The translations under genes were made by a program, and so were the position numbers. Source: a virus. Taken from it: DNA of 64,000 bases. The DNA is taken from IMG/VR virus record IMGVR_UViG_3300037313_000833, one strand, 5' to 3'. How positions within the stretch are numbered: position 1 is the first letter of the stretch; each line of letters opens with the position of its first letter. Under the pieces are notes generated by a model. It worked only from the letters and a program-made list of their open reading frames with translations. It searched no databases and was not told where the DNA came from. This document shows positions 18,337 through 27,734 of the stretch, one piece after another.

Positions 18337-18375
18337 ATTCTATAGTGCGTTCCTCCAAGACGGAGAAGAGAGGCG

Positions 18376-18786
18376 ATGACGATGACGACAGGTTCAAACG
18401 GGGATGGACTCAACTTAGAGCAATACAAGCTCGACCTTACGCAGGTAACAGTCAAAACTGTTTTTGACGTGTACGCCGAGGAGAAGCGTAAGTATGGTGA
18501 ACTATTCGCGAAAGAGCTGTTACTCGGAATCATCGCCTCTCTAATCTGTACGACGATGTATCACTCGCTCACCGAACCTACGGCTGACCGGGAACCCGTC
18601 GAGGGCGAGGATCAAGAAGGATACGAGATGACACGCGACTCCTTCTTGGAAATGCGAGAAGCCATTGAGAACACTGTGTCGTCAGCGTTTACCGGCGCTG
18701 TCAACTTGTGGAATCCGGATGGAAGAAATCCGGAGTATTGTTGTGAAATCGCTCCAGTCCCGGAGCCCGGAAAGTTCGAACACTGA
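18376..18786 (+). CDS. hypothetical protein
   Basis: GGAGAAGAGAGG upstream; first gene after the ORF-poor region. Confidence 0.65.
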   Translation: MTMTTGSNGDGLNLEQYKLDLTQVTVKTVFDVYAEEKRKYGELFAKELLLGIIASLICTTMYHSLTEPTADREPVEGEDQEGYEMTRDSFLEMREAIENTVSSAFTGAVNLWNPDGRNPEYCCEIAPVPEPGKFEH

Positions 18787-18804
18787 AAGAGAAGGAGAGA
18801 GACA

Positions 18805-19026
18805 ATGAAGCTGAAGAGGAATCAAAAGACGGCACGTTTTGGATGGAGCCTGCACATTCGTCGTGAAGGTGAAACAAAATTCGAACGCGTAGGTGAAAAC
18901 TTTGTATCAAGACACCTCGCTGATCAGCACCGTCAGCGCTACTATCCGACGGCCGCGGCGGCAAGGATTATGGGCATTCGTGCAAACGTGAAGCCCTTAA
19001 CTGCAACCCGTGAAGGTGACAAATGA
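18805..19026 (+). CDS. hypothetical basic protein
   Basis: AAGGAGAGAG upstream; coupled to the next gene by ATGA. Confidence 0.6.
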   Translation: MKLKRNQKTARFGWSLHIRREGETKFERVGENFVSRHLADQHRQRYYPTAAAARIMGIRANVKPLTATREGDK

Positions 19027-19415
19027 GATTTACGAAAAAAACTCAATACGGAATTATGTTCACGCTGCATCTCGCACGCGTGGGAAAAACGGGAACCCGT
19101 CAAGCTTCAAAAGAGCTTTCGATCTCCCCGACCTTCCTTGATCACGTCGTCATGGACCTCCGTCAAGCCGGAGTCATCGATGTGAAGAAAGGTCCAGGCG
19201 GAGGAGCGACACTTCGGAAGGATGCAACCCTTCTTGATGTCGTTGCAGCTCTTGAGAAGGACGTGATCCTGAACGATGAAGACGTGCGGTTTTATGAAGC
19301 AGGTGCGAGCGAAACGCACAAAAAATCGCTGCTCTTCTTGGACATGGCGGCCTCTTCGATGAAGCACCTTCTGTCCCAAACCATTAAAGAGTTTGCGACA
19401 AAGAGCGTGTTATGA
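19023..19415 (+). CDS. Rrf2-family (IscR/BadM-like) winged-helix transcriptional regulator
   Basis: MRFTKKTQYGIMFTLHLA...ISPTFLDHVVMDLRQAGVIDVKKGPGGGATL...LLDVVAALE fits the Rrf2 N-terminal pattern. Confidence 0.75.
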   Translation: MRFTKKTQYGIMFTLHLARVGKTGTRQASKELSISPTFLDHVVMDLRQAGVIDVKKGPGGGATLRKDATLLDVVAALEKDVILNDEDVRFYEAGASETHKKSLLFLDMAASSMKHLLSQTIKEFATKSVL

Positions 19416-19666
19416 CTTTGAAGAAAGCGCGACAAAAACTTCTCGAGCATGCATTGTCCTGGAAATTCCACTTGCTTTGTTTAAGCACGTGGCTCTTTTA
19501 CCATGACAAGCTCTCAGAGTCAGGCTGGCTGATGATGGCGGCATCCACAACCGGACTCCGCGAACTCGTCAACCTTGTCACGCTTAGGATGGGCGTCCAA
19601 TCTCAAGAACCGACCACGACGGTCGCAAACCCAGTCGTGGAGGAAAAATCAGATGGATCAAAATAA
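19412..19666 (+). CDS. hypothetical protein
   Basis: ATGA coupling at the start. Confidence 0.5.
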   Translation: MTLKKARQKLLEHALSWKFHLLCLSTWLFYHDKLSESGWLMMAASTTGLRELVNLVTLRMGVQSQEPTTTVANPVVEEKSDGSK

Positions 19667-20168
19667 AAAGCTCATCGCAATAGGCGCTGTGTTCATTGCT
19701 GTCGTGGCATTCGCGTTCGGTAGATACACAACGCCCGAAAAAGTCAAAGTCGAAACCGTAACCAAGACCGTGGAAGTGGAGAAGAAGACCCATGATGCGA
19801 CTACTCAGATTGATCAGAACCGAAATCGCAAACGCGAAATTGAGACTGTGGAACTGGTTCGTCCAGATGGATCAAAAGAGACTCGAACGAAAACTGTTGA
19901 AACTACAGAAACGAACCGAGACCGAACGACAACTGTATCTGATCGCGAAAAGAGCACAACGACGCGAGACGAAGAAACGCGAAAAGAAGTTTCAAAAGCA
20001 TCGGGCTCGACGGTTGTTAGCGTCCTCGGCGGCGCAAAACTCGACGACTGGGTAAGCGGTAAGCGCTATGGCCTTGCTGTGACCAGAAACGTAATCGGCC
20101 CGGTGACTATTGGGGTCTGGGGCCTCAACGATACAACGTGCGGCCTATCTGTAGGCCTGAGCTTTTAA
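19653..20168 (+). CDS. membrane-anchored T/E/K-rich protein
   Basis: GGAGGAAAAATCAG ATG. TM helix LIAIGAVFIAVVAFAF. C-terminus ends ...GLSVGLSF. Contains GGGTAAGCGGTAAG (20050-63). Confidence 0.65.
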   Translation: MDQNKKLIAIGAVFIAVVAFAFGRYTTPEKVKVETVTKTVEVEKKTHDATTQIDQNRNRKREIETVELVRPDGSKETRTKTVETTETNRDRTTTVSDREKSTTTRDEETRKEVSKASGSTVVSVLGGAKLDDWVSGKRYGLAVTRNVIGPVTIGVWGLNDTTCGLSVGLSF

Positions 20169-20178
20169 GGAGACCACT

Positions 20179-20718
20179 GTGGAAAAGACTCAAGAATTAG
20201 AACAGGAATTAAATAAACTGGGTGTTTATCTCGAGCCCCGGTGCAATTTCCTGGTTGATCCACGCCCGAACCTTATTGGGGTTCGCGTGGAGATCGCGAT
20301 CACGGACAAGATCAAGTTTGATCCTCCGAAGTTCAACATCATCACCGTGAGCAAGCGCGGGGTTCGTACAACGTTTTCAGACTTCATGATCGTTGATACT
20401 CACTCCCAAGGCAAAAAATTGACGTTCCTCTCGTATCAGCAGCTCCCAGACGGGACTATCCCACCGATGGAAACGGAGAAGCAGATCGCGACAAGCTTCC
20501 TTGATCTCTGTTTCTTCCAAGGGAATGAGGCTGTGGACCCTAACTATATTCCTGCTGTCACAACGCAGGTCGCTCCGAACGCCGTAAAGGAAGACTTGGG
20601 CTGGTACATGCCAGCGCGTTTCCTCGACAGCTTCATTGAAGCGGTCGCAAAGGTGAATGAAGTTTTTCTCTCGGGGCTTCTTGACGAAGCCATCGTGTAC
20701 GGTATCATCAAAAAGTGA
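20179..20718 (+). CDS. hypothetical protein
   Basis: AAGGAG lies 7 nt upstream of the GTG. Confidence 0.65.
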   Translation: MEKTQELEQELNKLGVYLEPRCNFLVDPRPNLIGVRVEIAITDKIKFDPPKFNIITVSKRGVRTTFSDFMIVDTHSQGKKLTFLSYQQLPDGTIPPMETEKQIATSFLDLCFFQGNEAVDPNYIPAVTTQVAPNAVKEDLGWYMPARFLDSFIEAVAKVNEVFLSGLLDEAIVYGIIKK

Positions 20719-20736
20719 GCGGTAAGGAGTAACGAC

Positions 20737-21180
20737 ATGGCAAGAAAAAGAGTGACTGAAGGCGATGAGTTGAACGCATACGGACAAACCGGCGAGGAAG
20801 GCGGAGTCGGTACTTTGATCCAGCCTGAAGCCGACCGTGAGATTGATGTCGCGGACTTGCAGCGCGAATTTAGAGTGTACCCTTCCGTTCTTTTCGCACA
20901 CAATGAAGCTAAGGCCGAAGCTGAAAAAACCTTCGATCTATTGAAGCTTCGATGCGAAGAAGCCGAAGCAGCGGCGTATATTAAGATCAAAAGCGGACCT
21001 GAGAAGGTCACAGAGAAACACGTGGAAGCTATGATCGCGACTGATAAAGCGATTCAAGAACTGAAGCGTGAAATGCTCGACGCGAAGCGTGATCTTGAGA
21101 CTCTGAAGAACGATGTCGAGTCCATGCGCGCAAAAAAAGATATGCTCATTCAACTGGGCGCAGACGCCCGCAAGGAGTAA
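20737..21180 (+). CDS. coiled-coil protein; possible recombination mediator
   Basis: Immediately upstream of the RecA-like gene. The mediator role is inferred only from position and loose UvsY-like heptad character. Confidence 0.6.
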   Translation: MARKRVTEGDELNAYGQTGEEGGVGTLIQPEADREIDVADLQREFRVYPSVLFAHNEAKAEAEKTFDLLKLRCEEAEAAAYIKIKSGPEKVTEKHVEAMIATDKAIQELKREMLDAKRDLETLKNDVESMRAKKDMLIQLGADARKE

Positions 21181-21183
21181 TTC

Positions 21184-22110
21184 ATGAGCAACGTTGACGT
21201 TAAAAAGCTTGCCGCACAGATGCGGGATCGCCTAAATGCCGATGCTGGTAAGGAGATCGCCCGTAATCTGACGACAGCTGAAGAGCTGGTTCAGGTTGAA
21301 GACTGGGTGAACATGCCTGAGTTCTTCGAAAGAGCCGCGGGCGGACCTGGATGGCCTCAAGGTCATATCTCCCAAGTGATCGGAGACTCCGACACTGGGA
21401 AGACGACTCTCGTTATGTACGGGATGCTCGAGTGTCAGAAGCAAGGCGGGATCGTTTTCTTGATCGATTCTGAGCACAAGTTCTCGTTTGAGCGCTTCAG
21501 AACCATGGGCGGAGTTCCCGAAGACATCATCGTCATCTCCATTGACTCTCTCGAAGAAGCTTGGAACGCTTGGAGCAAGGTATGCACCCAAGTCGAACAC
21601 CTTCGCAAGAAGGCTCCAAACGTTCCAATTTTCTGCGCATGGGACTCCGTCGCGGCCTCGGTGCCTGATGCAATCCTTGAGGGCGATGCTGAAGACGCAC
21701 ACGTTTCCGTTGAAGCAAAGATCAACAACAAGGAAGTCAGAAAGCTTCGTAAGCGTGTGAGACTGCTCAAGATCACCGCGGTTTTCATTAACCATTCCTA
21801 TATGACCATGCCGAAGTTCGGCATTCCAAAAGAAGTCATTAAAGGCGGATCTGAGATGTACTTCATGAGCACGCTGATCCTTAAGACGAAGCGTCGTGCA
21901 TGGCTCGATCGCGAAGTTAAAGGAATGCGTCAGCGCTATGGCACCCATTCGCACCTTGAGGTTTACAAAGGCCATCTCGGCGGCAAGCGCAATACGACTG
22001 AGTTTTTCATCGTTGAAGAGGGCGTCCTCTCTGACAAAGAAGCGCTCAAAGCGTACAACGCGAAGAACGGCGTTAAAGACGCTGGCACCGTCGAGGACGA
22101 AAGCGAATGA
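21184..22110 (+). CDS. RecA/UvsX-family recombinase-like ATPase
   Basis: GHISQVIGDSDTGKTTLV (Walker A), IVFLIDSEH (Walker B-like), RecA-like length. Confidence 0.75.
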   Translation: MSNVDVKKLAAQMRDRLNADAGKEIARNLTTAEELVQVEDWVNMPEFFERAAGGPGWPQGHISQVIGDSDTGKTTLVMYGMLECQKQGGIVFLIDSEHKFSFERFRTMGGVPEDIIVISIDSLEEAWNAWSKVCTQVEHLRKKAPNVPIFCAWDSVAASVPDAILEGDAEDAHVSVEAKINNKEVRKLRKRVRLLKITAVFINHSYMTMPKFGIPKEVIKGGSEMYFMSTLILKTKRRAWLDREVKGMRQRYGTHSHLEVYKGHLGGKRNTTEFFIVEEGVLSDKEALKAYNAKNGVKDAGTVEDESE

Positions 22111-23162
22111 GAAAAGCTGTCGGAGTTCTGATCAGCGACGTTCATTTCTCTTTGAGCACCTTGCAGCTTGCCGTTCAGGCATTCATGCGGGCGATTAAAA
22201 CGGCACGCGAGCTTAATGTTCCGCTATACGTGACCGGAGATCTCCACGACTCGAAAGCGCTCATCCGGGGAGAGTGTGCAAACGCTCTCCTCGAATGCAT
22301 GCGACAAGCGAAGAACTGGGGAGTGGAAGTCGTCATCCTGATCGGAAATCACGACATGATCAACGAGAAGGGTGAAGCCCACTCGCTGAACTTCCTTGAA
22401 GGTGCGGGAGCTGTGATCTTTGATCGGCCGAACTGCGTTCAGCTCGATAAAGGTCTTGTCGCTCATCTGATCCCTTATCAGAACGACGGCGAGAAGTTTG
22501 TTGAATTAGTTCATGGTCTGAAAAAAGGTTCTCTCATTCTCTGTCATCAAGGTGTCCGCGGAGCATACATGGGCGAGTACGTCGTCGATAAAACCTCCGT
22601 TGATCCCTCGCTGTTTAAAGATTACGCAATTATTTCCGGACACTATCATCGCCGTCAAACCATCGTCACTGATGGAAAAAAGCATGACACTTATTTTGGA
22701 GTCGGCACCTGGAACTATGTTGGCTCACCTTACTCCACGACGTTTGCCGAAGCAGGTGATGGCGATAAAGGAATCCAGATTCTTTTTAACGATATGAGCA
22801 TGCAGCTGGTTCCGACTGGACTCAGAAAGCATGTCATCATTGAAGTTGATCTGGAGGGGTTAGACATTTTGCTACACACTGCATCTCATCCAAACCCAGA
22901 TGATGCGGTATGGCTTAAGGTCACAGGTCCGGCTTTGATGCTCGATAAGCTTTCGAAAAAAGAAATCGGTATGAAGCTTTTAGGCCATGCGAATTACCGA
23001 CTCGATAAGATTCCGAATGATGAAGAGGTCCAGCTTCAAAAGCTCGACACCATGACACCCATGCAGATGATCGAAGAGCTGATCGATCAGAATCAGAACG
23101 ATCTCGAACAATCGAAGTATCTCAAGGCTTTAGCTAAGGAGATTATGGATGAAGCTCGGTAA
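22107..23162 (+). CDS. sbcD: SbcD/Mre11-type nuclease (metallophosphoesterase)
   Basis: ISDVHFS, GDLHDS, GNHD, HQGV, SGHYH motifs in canonical order. Confidence 0.85.
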   Translation: MRKAVGVLISDVHFSLSTLQLAVQAFMRAIKTARELNVPLYVTGDLHDSKALIRGECANALLECMRQAKNWGVEVVILIGNHDMINEKGEAHSLNFLEGAGAVIFDRPNCVQLDKGLVAHLIPYQNDGEKFVELVHGLKKGSLILCHQGVRGAYMGEYVVDKTSVDPSLFKDYAIISGHYHRRQTIVTDGKKHDTYFGVGTWNYVGSPYSTTFAEAGDGDKGIQILFNDMSMQLVPTGLRKHVIIEVDLEGLDILLHTASHPNPDDAVWLKVTGPALMLDKLSKKEIGMKLLGHANYRLDKIPNDEEVQLQKLDTMTPMQMIEELIDQNQNDLEQSKYLKALAKEIMDEAR

Positions 23163-24987
23163 AACGGTCATTGATAACTTCCAATCCTATGAGCACACGG
23201 AGTTCGATTACTCCGACCTCGGTATCGCCCTGATCTCCGGTGAGACTGGCGCCGGAAAGTCAACGTTCTTGGATGCACCGGCATGGTGTATTTTCGGAGT
23301 GACCTCAAAGGACGGCGCTGCTGATGACGTGCGCGCTTGGGGCTCAAACGAAGCGACTCGGGTTGAAACCGAAGTGTTTCTCCCCGATGGTAAAATTACA
23401 GTCACTCGTATCCGCGGGAAGTCCTCTCAGAACGATCTTTACTGGACGGAGAATGGTGGAGAGCCTATCCGCGGGAAGAACGCACCTGAGACTCAGAAAC
23501 TACTCGAGCAACGTCTCGGCATGACTGCGGAGCGGTTCCTGACAAGCTCCTACATGACCCAGTTTATGGACGGAGGGAAGTTCTTTACCCAGACCGGCAA
23601 GGAACGCAGACCCACGCTCGATAAGATCGCAGACCTCAAGACCCCAAACCTTTTGGCTGAAAGAGCAAGTGAAGCGCGAAAAAGCGCGAAAAAAGCGCTC
23701 GATAACGCTGTGGAATTAAACGCGAAAGCAAAAGGCCGCCTTGAGGTTCTTACGCGCACCGTTGAGCGCACGCGCGAGGATTGTGAACGCTGGGCGGACA
23801 TGCAGCTGATCCGGATCAACGACCTTCGCAAACAGGCTGAGAATTTTGAAGCTGACAGAAATAGTCAGATCGAAACACTTGTATCCCAGCTCGAGCAGGT
23901 TGACTCGATGATCAAAGAGGATTCGGAGTTCGACGCAAAGGAGAAGCAAGCTCAGGCCCAGCTCAAGGCCTTGACTCCGCTCAAGAGCGAGCGCAAAGAG
24001 CTGGAACCTCGGCTCAGAACTGCTCGCGTGAATGCGGCAACGCTTAAAGCACAGTTCGAAAAGCTCAGCACGATCAGCGCAGAGACCTGCTCGGTGTGTC
24101 TGGGCCCTACCAGAAACCCTAACCGTTTGAGAGAAATCGAAAAGGTTAAGCAGCAATGGTACGAAGCGAATGAAGCTGTCGAACCCCTTGAAGACCGGAT
24201 GAACAAGATCGACGAAGCTCTTGCTATCGAGGACTCGCTTCGTAAAGCGCTCGATAAAATTGTTCGTGACCGCTCTTCAAACAACGCCCTTGTCGAAAAA
24301 TTTAGGACGCTCCAGGCGAAAATTTTGGGGCTCAGGGATAGTGTGAACCGTCATGAAGCTCAGCTGGAACTCGCGAGAAAGGATCTTAATCCTCATACTG
24401 TCGCTCTTGATCGTGTCGAGCGTGAACTTGCGCAGGCGGAAGTTGAGCACGCGGAAACCGAAGGAACCGTCCAAGGTTTTCAGCACCGAGTGTTCTCCCT
24501 CACATGGCTTTACGACAAGGCATTCGCCCTCCGCGGGATGCTTTTACAGAAAGCCGTCCGATCCCTTAACAAGAGAATGAATGATATTCTCGAGCGGTAT
24601 TTCGGCGCAAACCTTCGCGTGACAATGACTTTGAGTGACGCGGACTCGCTCGAGGTTGTCATCAACAATTCCGGATACCCATGCAAGTTCGGTCAGCTCT
24701 CAGGCGGAGAGCGGGCTCAACTCAAGCTCGCATTCTCAATCGCTCTTCTTGAAGCGTCACAGAATACGGCGGGTCGTAAGTTTGAAACCATCATGTTTGA
24801 CGAAGCGTTGAATGGCATGAGCGATAAGCTCAAGCGTGAAGCTTTCGGCGTGTTCCAGGAACTCGGCAAAGAACATGGGACGGTACTGCTTATCGACCAC
24901 TGCGAGGAGTTAAAGAGCTTCTTTTCAAGACGATTTCTGGTCACGAAGAAGGGCTCGATTTCCGCCATACAGGAGCTTGACGGATAA
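23149..24987 (+). CDS. sbcC: SbcC/Rad50-type ATPase
   Basis: GETGAGKST Walker A, long coiled coil with a CSVC hook-like CxxC, LSGGERAQL signature, IMFDEALNG Walker B. Confidence 0.85.
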   Translation: MKLGKTVIDNFQSYEHTEFDYSDLGIALISGETGAGKSTFLDAPAWCIFGVTSKDGAADDVRAWGSNEATRVETEVFLPDGKITVTRIRGKSSQNDLYWTENGGEPIRGKNAPETQKLLEQRLGMTAERFLTSSYMTQFMDGGKFFTQTGKERRPTLDKIADLKTPNLLAERASEARKSAKKALDNAVELNAKAKGRLEVLTRTVERTREDCERWADMQLIRINDLRKQAENFEADRNSQIETLVSQLEQVDSMIKEDSEFDAKEKQAQAQLKALTPLKSERKELEPRLRTARVNAATLKAQFEKLSTISAETCSVCLGPTRNPNRLREIEKVKQQWYEANEAVEPLEDRMNKIDEALAIEDSLRKALDKIVRDRSSNNALVEKFRTLQAKILGLRDSVNRHEAQLELARKDLNPHTVALDRVERELAQAEVEHAETEGTVQGFQHRVFSLTWLYDKAFALRGMLLQKAVRSLNKRMNDILERYFGANLRVTMTLSDADSLEVVINNSGYPCKFGQLSGGERAQLKLAFSIALLEASQNTAGRKFETIMFDEALNGMSDKLKREAFGVFQELGKEHGTVLLIDHCEELKSFFSRRFLVTKKGSISAIQELDG

Positions 24988-25398
24988 ATGGCGGATAAAA
25001 AAGAAAAGAAGCCGAGACCTCCAGCAACGGATAATCAGCTCATCAAAGGGGCTCTTCGTCGGGCGTTTGCACGTTCAATGGTTCACGATGCGATTATCTC
25101 AGCAACAATAGTGCAAGGATATTCCGACCCTAATCGTAAGAGAGTCAAGACGTGGTGCAGGTGTCCTAACTGTGGGAACTATGAAGCAAAATCCTATATG
25201 CAGGTGGATCACCTGGACCCGGTTCAACCCCTCGGTGTAACCCTGGAGGAGATGGACAAACACGAACTTATGGACCGCATATGGTGCAGTCCGACTAATC
25301 TCATGGCAACGTGTAAGACCTGTCACAGGACGAAAACGAATGCCGAGAACGCGGAACGACGCAAGATCCGCAATGCTAAAAAGAAAACCTTGCGGTAA
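24988..25398 (+). CDS. HNH endonuclease
   Basis: CRCPNCG...QVDHLDP...NLMATCKTCHRTKT. Confidence 0.8.
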   Translation: MADKKEKKPRPPATDNQLIKGALRRAFARSMVHDAIISATIVQGYSDPNRKRVKTWCRCPNCGNYEAKSYMQVDHLDPVQPLGVTLEEMDKHELMDRIWCSPTNLMATCKTCHRTKTNAENAERRKIRNAKKKTLR

Positions 25399-25408
25399 GC
25401 GTTAACGC
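25392..25408 (+). promoter_or_regulatory. GCGGTAAGCGTTAACGC element (supplies the HNH gene's TAA stop)
   Basis: Consensus-like copy. CATACT follows 14 nt downstream, then GAGGAG and ATG 25447. Confidence 0.5.
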
Positions 25409-25446
25409 ATGTCACGATAGACATACTTTGAGGAGAGGACGTAAAA

Positions 25447-25905
25447 ATGAGCAAACAGGACAAGAAAATTAGAAACGTTGCTAAGGACTTGTACAAGTGT
25501 ATTACCGACGACATCATCAACCCCCGTCTCGACAAAATCGAAACTTATGTGAAAGAGTCCATGGCTCGCATGACGGCTCAAAACAATCGCATCCAGGGCT
25601 TCCTATTGGGTGAAGTGAAGTTCACGATCGCAAACGAACTGGACGATGCAAAGGTCACGCGCGAAGCGCTTCTCGAGATTCTCAATGAGAAACTCGGAGT
25701 GGAAGGGCTTACCGCACTGATCAATGAGCGCAAGCCTATCGTCAAGGCTCGCCTGATTAAGGAAGCTGAAGAGCGTATGGCGGCCGAACAAGAAGCCGCG
25801 CGCCTTGCAGCTGAACAAGAAAACAAAGGTCCAGGTGCCGAGAACATGACCTCGGATGAGACCCCAGTCACTCCATCCGAAGGAGCTGATAATGGCCAAA
25901 ACTAA
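25447..25905 (+). CDS. hypothetical coiled-coil protein
   Basis: GAGGAGAGG upstream. Confidence 0.65.
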   Translation: MSKQDKKIRNVAKDLYKCITDDIINPRLDKIETYVKESMARMTAQNNRIQGFLLGEVKFTIANELDDAKVTREALLEILNEKLGVEGLTALINERKPIVKARLIKEAEERMAAEQEAARLAAEQENKGPGAENMTSDETPVTPSEGADNGQN

Positions 25906-27493
25906 GAAGAGTGAACGTCAAGACGACATCGTCAAGATTTACCTTGACCTTGTCAAAGAGAAGAAGGCTCACCCATCTCTCATCGATATGAAAGCAAAGA
26001 AGGTCACGCGATCCATGATCCGTGAGTCCTTCGATACGCTTGCAGGACTCCGCAAGTTTGCGAAGAAGTATTATCCTGAAGCGTTTGCTGGTATCATCGA
26101 CTATGAGCTTTTCACCCCAGCGGCTTTCAAAAAGCTCCAGACGAAGACGAAGAAGTACAAGCGTTTCGTCGTGACGACCGCAGTGCAAGGCTGTAAAGTT
26201 CATCGTGGCTTTTTCAATAGCTTGAAGACGTACTGCGCTGAGAACGACGCGCTTCTTCTCGTCATGCTTTGTACCGATCCAGCGGCGCTTGTCGGAGATA
26301 AGATCGATCCGATCCTCAACAAAGAAGTTATCGTTTTTGATAACCTCGCTTTGAACTCGAACATCTTTACGAATCCGATTAAGTTGTCGGCAAAGCATAT
26401 CGACCCAGTCACGGGTCTCGGACGCTTGGGTCAGCGCAACGGTTCGTTTATCTATGCATCACCGAAGCAGCGCCTTAAGATGATCCCGACTTCAAACACG
26501 AAGCCCCCAGTCGCCCTGATGACGACGGGAGCTTGTACGATTCCAGCTTACAACTCTGAACGCTACCTCTCGGATCGTACCGCGGTCATCGCACACAACG
26601 ACCACGTCATGGGCGCGATCATCGTTGAAGTTGAGAGCGATCGATTCTTCCACTTCCGTCAGATCCAATCTGAGCGAAGCGGAAGCTTTATTGATCTTGA
26701 CAAGTATTTCCAAGGCGACGTGATCTCCGCGGCACGCCCTGAAGCGCTTGTTCTCGGTGACTGGCATTCCGGTTCGACGGACCCAGTCGCGAAGGCCGCA
26801 ACGTTTGACCAGATCTGTACGCTGAAACCACGACGCCTCATCATTCATGACGGCTTTGATGGTCGCTCGATCTCACACCATGCGGAGAAAAATAAGATCC
26901 TTCGAGCCCAACGCGCTTCGAAGAACCAGCTCTCTCTTGAGCAGGAGCTTCGTCAATACGCAAAGGACTTGAATGAGCTTGTCGAGCTTTGTGAAGACGT
27001 GGAAGAAATCGTCATCGTTGAATCGAATCACGATGAACACCTGGATCGTTACCTCACCGAGGCTCGGTACGTGGAAGACCCGCAGAACCATGCGCTAGGT
27101 CTCAAGCTTGCCGGAGCAATGGTTGAAGGACGCGACCCGGTGAGAGCAGGCGTTGAAATGTTCGGGCTCAAGTACCCGGAGAAAATCCGCTGGCTCAGTC
27201 GTGACGAAGACTTCAAGATCGCACGCATCGAACTCGGCGCCCATGGTGACAAGGGTGCAAACGGTTCACGTGGCTCTCTCCGTGCCATGGAACAAGCCTA
27301 CGGTCAATCTGTGTCAGGCCATGCCCACACAGCTGAGATCCTCCGCGGCGCGTTCCAGACCGGAACTCTCTCCCTCCTCAAGATGGACTACAATGTGGGT
27401 CCGTCATCCTGGACACAGACAAACTGCACCGTGAATAAAAACGGATCGCGTCAGCTCCTAAATATCTTTAATGGACGCTGGCGTTTGCGGTAA
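25892..27493 (+). CDS. large metallophosphoesterase-domain protein (533 aa)
   Basis: AAGGAG before ATG 25892. C-terminal half carries LGDWHSG, HDGFDG, ESNHDEH, GAHGDKG, SGHAH. Confidence 0.75.
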   Translation: MAKTKKSERQDDIVKIYLDLVKEKKAHPSLIDMKAKKVTRSMIRESFDTLAGLRKFAKKYYPEAFAGIIDYELFTPAAFKKLQTKTKKYKRFVVTTAVQGCKVHRGFFNSLKTYCAENDALLLVMLCTDPAALVGDKIDPILNKEVIVFDNLALNSNIFTNPIKLSAKHIDPVTGLGRLGQRNGSFIYASPKQRLKMIPTSNTKPPVALMTTGACTIPAYNSERYLSDRTAVIAHNDHVMGAIIVEVESDRFFHFRQIQSERSGSFIDLDKYFQGDVISAARPEALVLGDWHSGSTDPVAKAATFDQICTLKPRRLIIHDGFDGRSISHHAEKNKILRAQRASKNQLSLEQELRQYAKDLNELVELCEDVEEIVIVESNHDEHLDRYLTEARYVEDPQNHALGLKLAGAMVEGRDPVRAGVEMFGLKYPEKIRWLSRDEDFKIARIELGAHGDKGANGSRGSLRAMEQAYGQSVSGHAHTAEILRGAFQTGTLSLLKMDYNVGPSSWTQTNCTVNKNGSRQLLNIFNGRWRLR

Positions 27494-27500
27494 GGCTTAC
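27487..27500 (+). promoter_or_regulatory. GCGGTAAGGCTTAC element (perfect GGTAAG-G-CTTACC palindrome; supplies a TAA stop)
   Basis: Read directly from the sequence. Confidence 0.45.
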
Positions 27501-27505
27501 CACGC

Positions 27506-27538
27506 GGGGCTCCTGAGTATATATTTATCAGGAGCCCC
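27506..27538 (+). promoter_or_regulatory. 11-bp perfect inverted repeat enclosing late-motif copy 3 and the SD of gene 27540
   Basis: GGGGCTCCTGA ... TCAGGAGCCCC. The loop is GTATATATTTA. No T-run follows. Confidence 0.6.
27515..27534 (+). promoter_or_regulatory. copy 3 of the GAGTATATAT...AGGAG motif
   Basis: GAGTATATATTTATCAGGAG; ATG 27540 follows. Confidence 0.55.
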
Positions 27539-27539
27539 T

Positions 27540-27734
27540 ATGGCGAAAATCATTGAGTTTCCAAAATCCAAGCAAGTTCAAAATGTTGTGTCCCTCGAGA
27601 CATTCAAAAAGAACAAGATGGTTTTTGACTTAACTGATCATCTCCGTCGGCTTCGTGAATTGCAGGAAGAAGTTCAAACCCTTAAAAAACAGGTACTTTT
27701 GAGAGTCGTAAAAGATGGAGACGATAAGACTTGA
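27540..27734 (+). CDS. hypothetical small protein (64 aa)
   Basis: Met chosen at MAKIIEF, behind the AGGAG. Confidence 0.6.
   Translation: MAKIIEFPKSKQVQNVVSLETFKKNKMVFDLTDHLRRLRELQEEVQTLKKQVLLRVVKDGDDKT

Noticed and set aside
27506-27538. The 11-bp inverted repeat as a simple intrinsic terminator
   Set aside because: No T-run follows it, and its 3' arm carries the SD of the next gene.
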